NCBI RefSeq assembly: GCF_004010195.1
Contig: NC_057734.1
Location: 28,435,176 to 28,499,175, forward strand
Reading direction: 5' to 3'
Length of the DNA: 64,000 nucleotides
Origin: Chiloscyllium plagiosum
Taxonomy: Eukaryota
Made by a program: the position numbers and the translations under genes. The notes beneath the pieces were generated by a model, which was not told where the DNA came from, did not search any database, and saw only the letters and a list, made by a program, of their open reading frames with translations. Shown here in pieces: positions 1 to 11,524 of the stretch. Each line of letters opens with the position of its first letter. The first letter of the stretch is position 1.

Positions 1-189
1 TCTTATGTTGAAGGGAATACTATCAGTAATGGGATAATCTTTCAGTTGTCAAAACTCCCATGATTCAGTTAGAAGTGTCAGCGCAATGATTGTAATTATT
101 GTAATTATTATCCCTCTCCCCGAAATCTAATGTGACCCATGTGTTGTTCATCAGTTAGATTAGCTGAGACTTCAAAATATCTCTTTAAT

Positions 190-390
190 TGCAAAGATGT
201 GCAAGTTAGGTGGATTAGCCATGCTAAATTGCCCATAGTGTTCAGGGATGTGTAAGTTAGGTGGATCAACTATGGGAAACAGGGAGAGGTTAGGGGATGA
301 GACTGGGTGGGATGCTCTTTGGAGGGTTGGTGTGGACTCAATGGGCTGAATGGCCTGCATTCACATTGTACGGATTCTGTGATTCTATGA
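190..390 (+). mobile_element. HE1-type V-SINE, 3' half
   Basis: aaagatgtgcaagttaggtggattagccatgctaaattgccc...gattctgtgattctatg tail; matches the 3' part of the copy at 1593-1883. Confidence 0.8.
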
Positions 391-1592
391 AACCCTTCAA
401 AATCTCTTCAACCTGGTTTTTATGCACCTCAGAGAGATGTAAGGTACAGTACAACATGTAGCATACTTTCCCCAGCACTGATAGCAGTTAATACTCTTAT
501 TCATTCAGGCCTTTTCTTTAATTCTGTGACTAAATCTTGATTTTGCCATTGACACCGGAGGAAATATCAATTCTGTCTCAGATTGTCTTTCATTTCCACA
601 GTATTAGGAATTGGAAAATTCATAGCCATCCTGACTCACCTAGCATTTTAAGTTGCAGACTACAATTCAAGTTCTTTTTCACTATTTACTACAGTAGCTA
701 GTTGTCTTACAGCTCAGAAAATTCATTCATTTTCAGCTGCACTTTGGAGAGAATGTTACAATTGCCACAACAATGTAGTTCAAAATGAATAAATGAATAG
801 GAACAATGATGAGCTGTGAAAACACAGAACGTGTAGGAATAATTGCACTCCTCTTCATAAGAGAAATGGCTAAGTGACTGTGCTACATTACAATAGAAAG
901 CAAAGCGAGTCAAGGTCCTTAAAGTGTTTTTGCTGATCCTCTAGGAAGAGTCTCTTTGCTTCTCTCTGATGATTTCAAATGAATTACTTCATATTAACAA
1001 TTCAAACGGAAATACTTTTCAACAAGTGATGAGGGCAAGGAAAATCTAAGTGTTCATCTCTTAAACACAGAACAATTGTCAAGTAAACATACTTATGAGG
1101 TGTGTTTGAACTGGATCAATTGGTCCATCCCCTCCACAACTCGCCAGCCACAGTGAAAGTGGTTCTCATCTTGATTACAACGCTGTCTTTAAGCCGGGCA
1201 AAGAGTGCACAAGAACTCCAAAGAGAAAGAATGTTTCCCTGGACCATAAAGTTTATCTGTCCCCCCTTCGGATCAGGCCTTACAATGGTTTGCCAAGCAT
1301 ATCCACCTGTCCCAATACTTAAATCAAGTCCAAACCCAATTGCTTGCACCAACTAATAAAGCATACACTATAAATGCAAACTACATGCATGCATGTTGCA
1401 AGGTAAAGTGTTGAGTGGGATAATCAGTAATCTTTAAAGGGTCTGCCACTCAAAACCAGGTATATCTTTGAGAGAGAGAGATTGTTTTGGCATCAAAAGA
1501 AACATGAATGGACTCTGTTGGAAATTTGGAATCTGGCAATGGAGGCCTGCCCTTGTAAACCAGGGTGTAAATTGTGCTATGCCCTTTCCTGG

Positions 1593-1883
1593 ATCATAGA
1601 ATCCCTACAGTGTAGAACCAGGCCCATCAAGTCTACACTAACCCAACTGAAGAGCATCCCACTCAGACACACCTCTTACCCTATCCCTGAAATTCTCGTG
1701 GCCAATCCATCTGACCTGCACATCTTTGGACTGTGGGATGAAATTGGAACACCCGGAGGAAACCCGCACAGACACAGGGAGAATGGGCAAACTCCACACG
1801 GACAGTCGCCCGAGGGTGGAATCGAACCTGGGTCCCTGACACTGTGAGGCAGCAGTGCTAACCACTGAGCCACCATGCTGCCC
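1593..1883 (-). mobile_element. HE1-type tRNA-derived V-SINE, near full length
   Basis: Minus strand starts gggcagcatggtggctcagtggttagc (A box) ... ggttcgattcc (B box), then V-domain gtgtggagtttgcccattctccctgtgtctgtgcgggtttcctccggg and a CR1-like tail. Confidence 0.9.
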
Positions 1884-3329
1884 AATACCTATAGTATTAA
1901 ATCTTGATTAATCTTTTCCTAATTAAAATCATTTCCATTCTACAGTTTGGTTGCTATAACTTCTCTAGGCAACATTAAATTAATTTGGTCTGCTTAATAG
2001 TTTCAGGGAAACTAGCAATATATTTTGAAGATATTCAATTAAGAAAATCTAAATCACGCTAAGAGAAATGGCAACTTGTAACGAGATTATTTATAAAGCA
2101 CAATTATGATTGGTTGCTCACAGTTACTTCCATAAATAAAAGATTGGCGTAATATCAAAATTTGACGTGTAAATTAATTAGAAACAAATAAATTAAGCAA
2201 AATGCAAATAATGTCCATGCAAAGCCTGAAATCTCAGCATATACAAAGGCTCCATGCCAAAACAAACAGCAAATTGTTAAAAAATAGTCTCAATCAAACT
2301 GTACAGCAAATACCAGCACTAGTTCAAACTTTAATGGTAATTAAATATTTCTGTTAGAAAGGAACAAGATAAATACTAGGCTAAAGCCTGTAGTAATTGA
2401 TCTAAATTATCTATTAAACTAGTGATTGGATCAGCATCAACCCCGTTGACTTGCCTTGTAATACCACTGTCATGCATCCACCAGATGCACAAAGGTTAAC
2501 ATTTACCAGGTTAATTATCAATGCAGAACCAGTTTCCCTGATTCCTCCACCATTGTCTGATGTGGGAAAATGTTTTTACACAGAACAGTTCTTCAAAGCT
2601 AATCATGCAATGCAGAACATTTGCTTCAAGCTTTAATAAGCACATTGTGCTCCAGGGCTGCTCTCCACTGCACAGATGAATTAAACTAGAATTTATGACA
2701 AGAGTTTGCAATGAGCCATAATATATGAACTCTACTGGATACAAGTAGGAATAGTTTGGTAAAAGAAAGATGTGGTGTGCCTTTCCAAATTTTTGATTTA
2801 ATGTTTAATATGATGTTAAGTTAAATGCAAGCTGATAGCTGTCTGGCGCATTATCAGATTTTATTATCCATTAGGCTATCGATAAAAATAAAGTTAATGT
2901 GGACATTAACTCAAGCTCAGAACCATTTCTACACAATGCTACTGTATAATTGAAACTAGAGACACTTATTAGCACTTGATTAAGAGCTGAGGGAACTAGC
3001 AGTGACCCAAGCAATGATTTATAACCTCAAAGGTTTGAATACTGCAAGTAGTAGGTTGTCAACAAAACAACTTTTGCAACAATCTTGATCTAACGCTTTG
3101 CGATGTATTGGTGGGACATGTTAACAATTGATGACAGCATTATCCTCACATAAAACAACAAATAGTTGTGAAAACTGAAGTGCTGGGTGACCAAATCTCA
3201 GGGTAACTGAAGCAGACACTTTGGCATATGGGTCCATGGGAGTCATGGATGCTGCAAGGGTCACTGGGAGTAGGTGTTGGGATAGGGGAGAAGGTTAAGC
3301 TTGTGGGAGTATCGCTGCACATAGAGACC

Positions 3330-3785
3330 ATCCTCCAGCATTAAGGCACTGTTTATGGTCATCAAGCTGCATTGGGTAGGCTACATCCTCCATGTGACTA
3401 ACATAAAAACAAGCTCTCTACTTCGAGGTCTGTCATGTCAAGTGGATACCAGGTGAGCAGAGAAAACACTTCTGAGACATCCTCAAAGTGTCCCTGAAAA
3501 GAAATGCAACATGCCCATTGACTTGAGTCAATCTCTTGCTGGAGAAGAACATGCACATAAGTGTCAACCACCTCCAGCATCTTCAACATGCCCAGGTGGA
3601 GCCTGGGAAAAAGTGAAAACAGTGTGTAAAAAGAGCATGGCATTGCACCCACTCACCTCTTCAAACACCATCTGCACTACCTGTGGTAGAGTGTGCGTAT
3701 CCAGCATTGGATTGTTTAGTCATTTCAGGACTCACATTGGAAGAAAGTCATCATCAATCTTGAACAACTGTCTAACAAGACTAAA
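3330..3785 (+). mobile_element. RTE-clade LINE 3' remnant
   Basis: Decayed similarity to the RTE C-terminus (LRW.GH, GGQRKRF-like) and a terminal C2H2 motif CTTCGRVCVSSIGLFSHFRTH in ORF 3511..3891. Confidence 0.8.
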
Positions 3786-3802
3786 GCACTGGGGGTGGGG
3801 GT

Positions 3803-4035
3803 GTATATATTTCCATTTGTCTATCAATTATCTTTGTAACTATCTGTTTCCATCTATTTCTATCACATCTCTATCTATCTCGATATCTTGAAGTGTCTAT
3901 CACTGTATCTCTATCTACCACTATATCTCTATCTCAATAACTCTATCTATCTCCATATCTCCACCCACCTCTATATCTCTATTACTATCTATCTCAAGAC
4001 CTCTATTATTATTATATCTATCTATCTATGTCTCT
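3803..4035. repeat. Degenerate (ATCT/ATCTCT)n simple repeat
   Basis: Repeated tatc/atctct units. Confidence 0.85.
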
Positions 4036-4279
4036 TGCTCTGTATCACACCTAGGATTTTAAGGTGTATTTTAAAAGGATCAGAAATGAATTGGAATCAG
4101 TCCAAAAATAGCAGTCCCACTTGCAGATAAGGAGATGAGACAGTGTTGAGAGGATTCGAGGAATCAGAGTGAATTTGGAGATGAGATGGCAAGGGAGAGC
4201 ATGGTGTAAGTTTTGACAGTCCTGGTAACAGACTGCAAATAGATTTAAATAGATTCAAAACTGCTTAACATCAACTTTC

Positions 4280-4374
4280 TCTGAGGTGGGGGGTGTAAAA
4301 ATATCACTACTGCTGGACTGGGTGCAGAGTTCAGCAAGGCTGAGCTGCTCAGATCACCGCCATCTTGGATCCCC
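4280..4374 (-). mobile_element. Possible L1/Tx1-like 5' end with YY1 motif
   Basis: Minus strand reads GGGGATCCAAGATGGCGG, the G-run plus YY1 site typical of L1 5' termini. Confidence 0.45.
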
Positions 4375-4621
4375 TTGCTAGTAACTGACAGCATGTGACT
4401 AAACAGCAGCAGGTTGGAGGGAGCTGGGCACTGGGATTTGAGTTGGAGCAGGAGTCACAGGTTGGTACTGAAGAAGCTTGAAAATCAAATCTCCTCAGAC
4501 GGCAGCAAGGGGAGATTCACAATAAAAACCACCCAGTTGTCGTCTTAGAAAGATGGGATACAGGACGTCCCAGCAGCAAATAACCCAGGACATGGGAAAA
4601 CCACACCAATTACAGAAAGAA

Positions 4622-4712
4622 AAACAGAGAATGCAGAAATAAAACCCAGCAGGTCTGGCAGTATCTGTGGAGAGAAAGCAGGGGTAACGTTTTGGGTCCA
4701 GTGACTCTTCCG
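4622..4712 (-). mobile_element. Penelope-derived terminal-repeat fragment with decayed hammerhead
   Basis: Minus strand gaagagtcactggacccaaaacgtta...ctctccacagatactgccagacctgctg; homologous to 7008-7100. Confidence 0.65.
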
Positions 4713-5446
4713 ATTACAGGACAGTCCTGTTGAATCCAGGATGATTGGTCACTCACACCAGTCAGCATTGTCTGCTTCAATAATTAGACAAACATTCGGC
4801 AGCAAAATTTAGCTTTTAGTTTTATTCCAGTCCTTTCCATTTCTCACTTCAGTCCTTACCAATCTTTACAAATAAATTAATCATTTCCAGGAAATGTCAA
4901 TAAGCCATTAAAAAAAAGCCACTGATGAAGTAGCTCATCAACACAATGTGTGGAACAAAGGTCAAATAAGAAACTTCTGAACTGGCACACACAGAACATA
5001 ATGCTGGTGAAAGGCAGAGGGAGTAGGAGGACATGAATAGGTAACCCTGGCCAAGAACAAAGGTCAGCATTGTCACCTCACTTAAACTGAACAATACATC
5101 AAAGGTCAGAGTGAAACTGAGCAGATTTCAGGTTAATTTAATCAAAAAGGTATTTACTTCTTTCCCCCAATAAAGTCTGCAGAGAAATAACAGTATAGTT
5201 TGAATTCCCAATTTTGAGCCAATCAGAACTGACTCACTACACAGTAATTGGTTTCCAAGGAACTAATGCGGGAATTTTTCTAAATGGAATGTGAAAAACC
5301 ATCTTCAAAATTCTTTATTGCTAACTAGAAGTCTACAATCTCTGCCTGCTAATGTTATAATACTGATGATGGATGTAATCCCAGAACACCTGCAGGCTGA
5401 ATGTACATATTGAACTTTTAATTACATATATTTTTAAAGACAAACA

Positions 5447-6118
5447 TGTAGCAGGAAAAAAAGGTTGAGGATATAAATTTTGAGCAAAGAAATTTAGTGA
5501 TTGAAGATTTGTTTGGATTATCCTCAGCCTCAAAACCCTGAAACATCTGACAAGGGGAAATGCATTGCAATCTGAAATATCCCCTGCAGGTTATCTTAGA
5601 CTGAGAACATGATAGGAGCAAAGAAAGCAGCCTGGATAACAGACATGCTTGTTTCTCCTTCCATGAGTCCAAAAGAACAGGGATTAATTGCCAATTGCAA
5701 TCTTGGTCAGTGTATCCGACTGGGTGATGACCATGGAGTCAAGGAGCAGAATTAGGTCACTTGGCTGTGCTGTGAGGGGAACAATTCGTGTTGCATCTAT
5801 CTTTTACAATTTGTTTTTTTTGTATTTACTTCACACTTTTAATCAGTGTGTTTGTGTATCGCATTTTGATTTCTTGTCACCTTTACTAACCAATAAACTC
5901 ACTTTTTTGTTAACTCAAAAAAAACCCTGTTTAAATTGGCTTCTTTTAAAACACCAACTTATTTCGTCTGGAAGAAATGCATACTCAAGGTAAGAGATCC
6001 TTTTGAAATTAACCTTGTTGCATCCAACTAGAGGGTGGTGAATGAAGAAGGGAAGCCAATTTATCTCTCCTTACTTGGGAGGTTGACAATTTGGGGTATG
6101 TGACCTGTAACTGTAACA
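5447..6118 (+). mobile_element. Possible solo LTR
   Basis: TGTAGCA...TGTAACA termini with an internal AATAAA; no TSD seen. Confidence 0.35.
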
Positions 6119-6659
6119 AAATGGAAGGCCTCACCCTGGGACTGATTATAACAGTGCCCCAACCTAACTGTGTGTTTAAAGACATAATCTTTCTAGTGTC
6201 CAAACACAAGGTAAAGAAAACAAATAATTAATGTGTATTTCATGAATATTAATATTTGCACAGTGTAGTTTAACAACAGCGATTGATACCTGTAGCCTGT
6301 ACTCTGTGTGCTTGGAGGCTGACCGTCACTTATGAACTCGAATTGAAAACTTTGTGATTGCCAGAATCCCATAGTTAAAAGCAATGACCAGAAGCATCAG
6401 TAGATAAACTACACATTGCCAATCTGTTATTTCTGGATTCCAAATGCATTAGTGTGACAATTGGAGTGCCTAAAAAGAGTCAGAATTTAACATGACCACA
6501 TATCTGTTCTTTACTCCTTTGGACAGAGAGGATAAAATGTGACTCTTCATCATTGCCCATGCACACAGTAATTTTAGAAGCTCTTCTCAAGCAGTCCAAT
6601 GAATTTACATTCAGCACTTGGGAACACTCATACCGATGAACTGCATTTAGAGAAATCCA

Positions 6660-6900
6660 ATCACTTGTGTAGGGGAATGTGACGTAGAGCTGATTGCGCA
6701 CAGCAAGGTCCTGCAAACAGCAAACAGTTCAATTATCAGTTATTTGATCTGTTTTTCCTGATGTTGGTTGATAAATAAACATGGTCTGACCATCTTTCCT
6801 ACTCTTCAAAACGTGCAGAGGAATCATCAATCTAACCAGCAAGGGCTTCAGTGACAATTTAATACTGCGCATCAGAAATGCTTTAGACCATCAGCCTCGG
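6660..6900 (-). mobile_element. Old SINE remnant (Deu-domain/SacSINE1-like)
   Basis: cacagcaaggtcctgcaaacagc...gatgttggttgataaataaa resembles a reversed shark Deu-SINE body (from recall). Confidence 0.45.
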
Positions 6901-7007
6901 TTTTAGTTTAAAATATGTGGTGTAAGAATGTAGCAGGACATGTTAATCCAGAGGAATACTAACTCGTGATGGTTTGAGAACCAGGTAATCCAATTTTTGA
7001 GGAACAC

Positions 7008-7100
7008 TCTGAGGGTCACTCAACCTGAAAGGTTAACGGTGATTTCTCTCCACAGATGCTGCCAGACCTGCTGAGCTTTTCCATCAATTTCTGCGTTTGT
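7008..7100 (+). mobile_element. Penelope-derived terminal-repeat fragment with decayed hammerhead
   Basis: ctgagggtcactcaacctgaaaggttaac...ctctccacagatgctgccagacctgctgagc. Confidence 0.65.
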
Positions 7101-7679
7101 TATCAATTATTTGTTCATTACATCAATATTGTGTAGGATTTTGCACGGATCTTATACTATCTATTCATCTATTCTCCACACACACCCTTTGGAATAAAAA
7201 AACAATATTCACAACCAACAAATATCTGAAAGGCTTTTCAATAAAATTTTAAGTTACATCACATGAAGTTTTCATTAAGTGTTGCTACATTCACTACATT
7301 ACTGATCACAAAAAGCTACAACCATAAATGTATAAAATTAAGGGGAAAATAAAAAATATGTAGAAAATTAACATTAGCAATCAAATTCCATCAGCACCAC
7401 TAGGACACTAGCACATAAGTTTTCCAATTCAAAGTCCATCACAATGCCTTACACCAATTTATAAACTTTAGTTTTCCGTAGAATTTTCATCCTGAGCAAT
7501 GTTTGATTTTGAGCTTCATATAACTACACAATTCTAAATCTTTTCATGGAACTACTGAAAAAAAAAAGAAAGATTTGCATTTATGTAGTGTTTTGCACAA
7601 CTACCAGATATCACAACGCAATTCCCAGGCTCATGGACATTAACAGCACAAACCAGGGTCATCCAGACTATTGTGTCAC

Positions 7680-8140
7680 TGAATCATAAATGTGTTATCG
7701 TACAGAAGGGGTTAACTTGGCCTATTGTGTCTGTGCTGGCTTGTTAAATGAGCATCATTACTGAGTACCAATTTATTGCTTTTGACCTATACCCCTCTAC
7801 ATTACTTTTATCCAATAACCATCCAATGCCCTCTTAAACGCCTCAATCGAACCTGCTTCCACCAGACTTGCAAGCAGGCCATTACATACTCTAACTTGTC
7901 ACTGAGTGAATTAATAATTTTGAACTTTGCCCTTGCTTCTTCTGGAGATCTTTTGCCTTCTGGTTCTTGTTCCTTTGAGGAACTGGAACAGTTACTCCCT
8001 ACTGTATCCAGCCAGCTCATGATTTTGAAAATCACCATCGGGCCTCTTTTTAGCACTCTTGTCTCCAAGGAAAGAAGTCCCAACTTCTTCAGTCTGAGGC
8101 TCCTTAGCCCTGGGACCATTCTTGAAAACAGCTTGTAATC
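7680..8140 (-). mobile_element. CR1 LINE 3' fragment
   Basis: ORF 7808..8155 FSRMVPGLRSLRLKKLGLLSLETRVLKRG..IFKIM matches the CR1 ORF2 C-terminus. Confidence 0.85.
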
Positions 8141-8149
8141 AGCATCTGT

Positions 8150-8462
8150 GGTCACAGAATCTCACAGTGTAGAAGCAGGCCTTCAGCCTATCGAATCCAC
8201 ACTGACCCTCTGCAGACCATCCAACCCAGACCCACTCTCTTACCCTATAGCTCTGCATTTCCTAAAGCTAATCTATTTAGCCTGCACATCCCTGGACAGT
8301 ATGGGTGATTTAGCATTGACAATCCATTTAACCTGCACATCTTTGGACTGTGGGAGGAAACCCATGCAGACACAGGGAGAACGTGCAATTCTGCACAGCC
8401 TAAGGGTGGGATCAAGCCCGGGTCCCTGGTGCTATGAGACTAACCACTGAGTCACCATGTGG
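8150..8462 (-). mobile_element. HE1-type V-SINE
   Basis: Homologous to 1593-1883; tRNA-like head near 8462. Confidence 0.85.
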
Positions 8463-8567
8463 TCTCTCTGATCTGACTACCCCAATTCTATTTTCCAGTC
8501 CTTGGCCCATAGCCCTGGTGGCCATGGCAATGCAAGTTAATATCTAAACAGTGCTAAAATGTTATGA

Positions 8568-8793
8568 GAAAGTGAGGACTGCAGATGCTGGAGATCAGAG
8601 CTGAAAAATGTGTTGCTGGAAAAGCGCAGCAGGTCAGGCAGCATCCAAAGAGCAGGAGAATTGACGTATCGGGCATAACCCCTTCTTCAGGAATGATTCC
8701 TGAAGAAGGGGTTATGCCTGAAACGTCGATTCTCCTGCTCCTTAGATGCTGCCTGATCTGCTGCGCTTTTCCAACAACACATTTTTCAGCTCT
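8568..8793. mobile_element. Fold-back Penelope-derived element, family A
   Basis: About 98-bp inverted arms 8597-8694/8696-8793 with a 1-nt spacer; TSD ctaaaatgttatga at 8554-8567 and 8792-8805. Confidence 0.85.
8700..8727 (+). ncRNA. Minimal hammerhead ribozyme motif (family A, weakened stem II)
   Basis: CTGAAGA A GGG gttatg CCT GAAA CGTC; the opposite-arm copy has GAAA changed to GATA. Confidence 0.6.
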
Positions 8794-8841
8794 AAAATGT
8801 TATGACCCAATGAAGTTATTTTTGAAGTGCAGAAATTAAAG

Positions 8842-9030
8842 TTTAAAAATCACACAACACCAGGTTATAGTCCAACACGTTTATTTGGAAGCACTAGCTT
8901 TTGGAGCGCTGTTTCTTCATTTGGTGGCTCATCACAACAAGTGCTTCCAAATAAACCTATTGGAATATAACCTGGTGTTGTGAGATATTTAACTTTGTAC
9001 ACCCCAGTCCAACACTGGCATCTTCAAATC
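8842..9030 (+). mobile_element. Fold-back Penelope-derived element, family B
   Basis: Inverted arms aaaaatcacacaacaccaggttatagtccaac / ttggaatataacctggtgttgtgag plus 3' tail; direct repeat cagaaattaaag at 8830-8841 and 9030-9041. Confidence 0.85.
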
Positions 9031-10019
9031 AGAAATTAAAGAGACAGACTCCCATCCTTTTTGCTCCTAGTTGCATTTCAACAGCAGCAGATTTTCTCAT
9101 TTTGCTATCTGTTTCCCACCTGCAGCTTCTGAACAGTAACTGTGTGCAGTCAATAAATGCAAAATGAAAACATTGTGGTTATGTTTGCAGATGTGCAGTG
9201 ATTGTTCATTGTTACAATTTTGTCACCACTTGGATTGTTCCTAGATGCTGTCAATGTCCATGAAAGTTTTGGAGCATATGAACGGCAGTCCTCCTCCAAA
9301 CTGATCAAAAGGTAAAAAATAAAATGCACCTATACACTAACTTTCATGATCTAAGCTGTCCAAAGGTGCATTACAATCAATTAATTACTTTAGAAGTGCA
9401 ATTATTAGTGTAATGTAGAAAACACCAATATCATACAGAGCATTACCAGTAGGTCATTTTTCAACTGCCACTGTTTTAAAATTAATTGTGCCTTCAATTT
9501 ATCTTTATTAGCCATGTATGTTGGTACTGTTCTGTTGTTATCAGAAAAGCTTGCTTGCCAACGCAAAGATCAGTGGTTTCCTTCACAACATTCACTAGAA
9601 CAGCAGTCATTTGTCCATGTGCTGATGTCTTTAACGCATTTTCAAGCTGCTCCTGGAACCTGATCTGGTTGTGATGATCAACCAGTAATGATCTTCCCAC
9701 TCTTGCATGGTTGTAAATATTTAGCCCATGCCTCTGAGAATTTAACCAACCTCATTGAGATGTTCTTGAAACCTTTGCCATTGATTTATGTGACTCAGTG
9801 CAACGAGTGGCTGCATTTTCACTGTGGTGAACACTGTTCCTATTGTTTTGGTTCCATTTATCCAAGCAAGGAATTAAACAGCATCACCTTTTCTAGCGAG
9901 AATATATCACCATGGAAAACTCTTGACATAACTACCAGATCTGCCAGCATCTGCGCAAAGAGTTAATCAAGGAAGAGCAGCTTGTCTTTCATTTTATAGC
10001 TGTCTGTGCTCAACATTAT

Positions 10020-10445
10020 TTTCAACAATTTCAGATCAGATCCTCTGCCCTCATTCTTTTCTTATTTGAGATTTTAGTCTCAAATTTTTTCAGCGTGCTT
10101 TTGGATTACTCTGGTGATGGTTCTGGTTTTCTCTCTTTTAAACTCCCTCTGGCCACATTATTTGTTTTTGCATCAATCCCTTAATACCTCTTTTTGCCTT
10201 GCACCATTATTCCTTTTCTCACTTTATTGCTCATGCATTTTCCACAGCAAAAAGGCCTTCCATTCTGTTCTTTCCTCTCTTTCGCTCCTGCAGTTCTCTG
10301 CCTTGCTTTGAAAGCTGCCGTGTTGCTCAGTATTTGCAGTTCTGGCTAAGAGTCATCAACCTGAAACATTAACTGTTTCACGCTCAGTAAACTTGCTGAA
10401 TGCTGAACTTCTGTTTTTGGTTCAGAATCCAGAATCCATTGTATT
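10020..10445 (+). mobile_element. Old Penelope 3' terminal-repeat remnant
   Basis: Pyrimidine-rich tract followed by decayed hammerhead-like ctggctaagagtcatcaacctgaaacattaac. Confidence 0.5.
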
Positions 10446-10884
10446 TTGCTCTATTAAATGTTTCATCACATTGTTCATGACAACCAAAAGATAGGGCTCT
10501 GGGGTTCGCACAAATTGAAGGCTTCTCACAACTGACCTCTTTGATTGAACTAATCTTCAGACTTATTCAACCCAGAGACTACGTAACCCAAGAAATTCAG
10601 GTCAGGTGCCTGTGAGGTTGGGATAATCACAGCAGGGTCCACTTTAATCTCTGCACACGCTATGATTTCTGCAGACTGTTACTACTCTATGCCGGCATCT
10701 CTCAGACATTGGGAGTGGACTGATCTATATTCTCCAACATATTGCTGAAACTTCCTGAAACTGAATCAAACTCACTTTTCTTTTAAAGGCCAGCAGACTC
10801 CATGAAAAACTGAAATCTCTGCCCTCTTTGGCAGATCAAATTATACTCCTGGGTGAGTCATATTTTAGCACATTTCATAGAAAA

Positions 10885-11135
10885 ATGGGCACACCAGCAT
10901 TTGCAAATTCCCTCTCCAAGCCAAACCATTCTGATTTGGAAATTTATCACCATTCCTTCAGTGTCGCTGGGTCAAAATCCTTAAATTTCTTTCCCTCATG
11001 GAATTTTGGGGTATATTTAAACCAGATGAACTGCTGGGTTTCAAGGAGGCAACTCACCAACACCTTCTGAAGGGCAACTAGGGACGGGTATTAAAGTGAC
11101 AGCCACTTCCCATGAGTGAATAAAAATAAAACAAC
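10885..11135 (+). mobile_element. LINE family 2 (CR1/L2 clade) 3' end
   Basis: tcaaggaggcaactcaccaacaccttctgaagggcaactagggacggg...gaataaaa; shared with 32038-32260 and 42010-42220. Confidence 0.8.
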
Positions 11136-11137
11136 AG

Positions 11138-11524
11138 ACTTGGATCTGTTCTCATTGGAAAGAAGAAGGCTAAGAGGGGATTTGATCGAGACATACAAGA
11201 TGATCAGGGGATTAGATAGGGTAGACAGTGAAAGTCTTTTTCCAAGGATGATGACATCAGTTTGTACGAGGGGGCATAGCTACAAATTGAGGGGTGATAG
11301 ATTTAAGACATGTCAGAGGCAGGTTCTTTATGCAGAGAGTGATAAGGGTGTGGAATGCCCTACCTGCAGCCAACTCAGCCACATTAGGGAGATTCAAACA
11401 ATCCTTGGATAAGCACATGGATGGTGATGGGATAGTGTAGGGGGACAAGCTGAGAATAGTGCACTGGTCGGCGCAACATAGAGGGCCGAAGGGCCTGTTC
11501 TGCACTGTATTGTTCTATGTTCTA
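11138..11524 (+). mobile_element. CR1 LINE 3' fragment
   Basis: LFSLERRRLRGDLIETYKMIRGLDRV..TRGHSYKL; (ttctatg)n tail. Confidence 0.95.

Noticed and set aside
1800-1883. tRNA gene
   Set aside because: A/B boxes belong to a SINE head that continues into a V-domain; no cloverleaf end or terminator
3888-4130. Hydrophobic Y/L/I-rich ORF
   Set aside because: Translation of a simple repeat
4520-4756. Possible hAT-type terminus (ttggtcactc)
   Set aside because: Too degenerate; no convincing partner TIR or TSD
8568-9030. Hairpins as MITEs, pre-miRNAs or CRISPR repeats
   Set aside because: Asymmetric tails, variable 10-17 bp TSDs and hammerhead cores fit Penelope-type retro-insertions; no spacer array, and the sequence is eukaryotic
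9430-9980. Coding-looking stretch with short ORFs on both strands
   Set aside because: No recognisable motif or consistent frame
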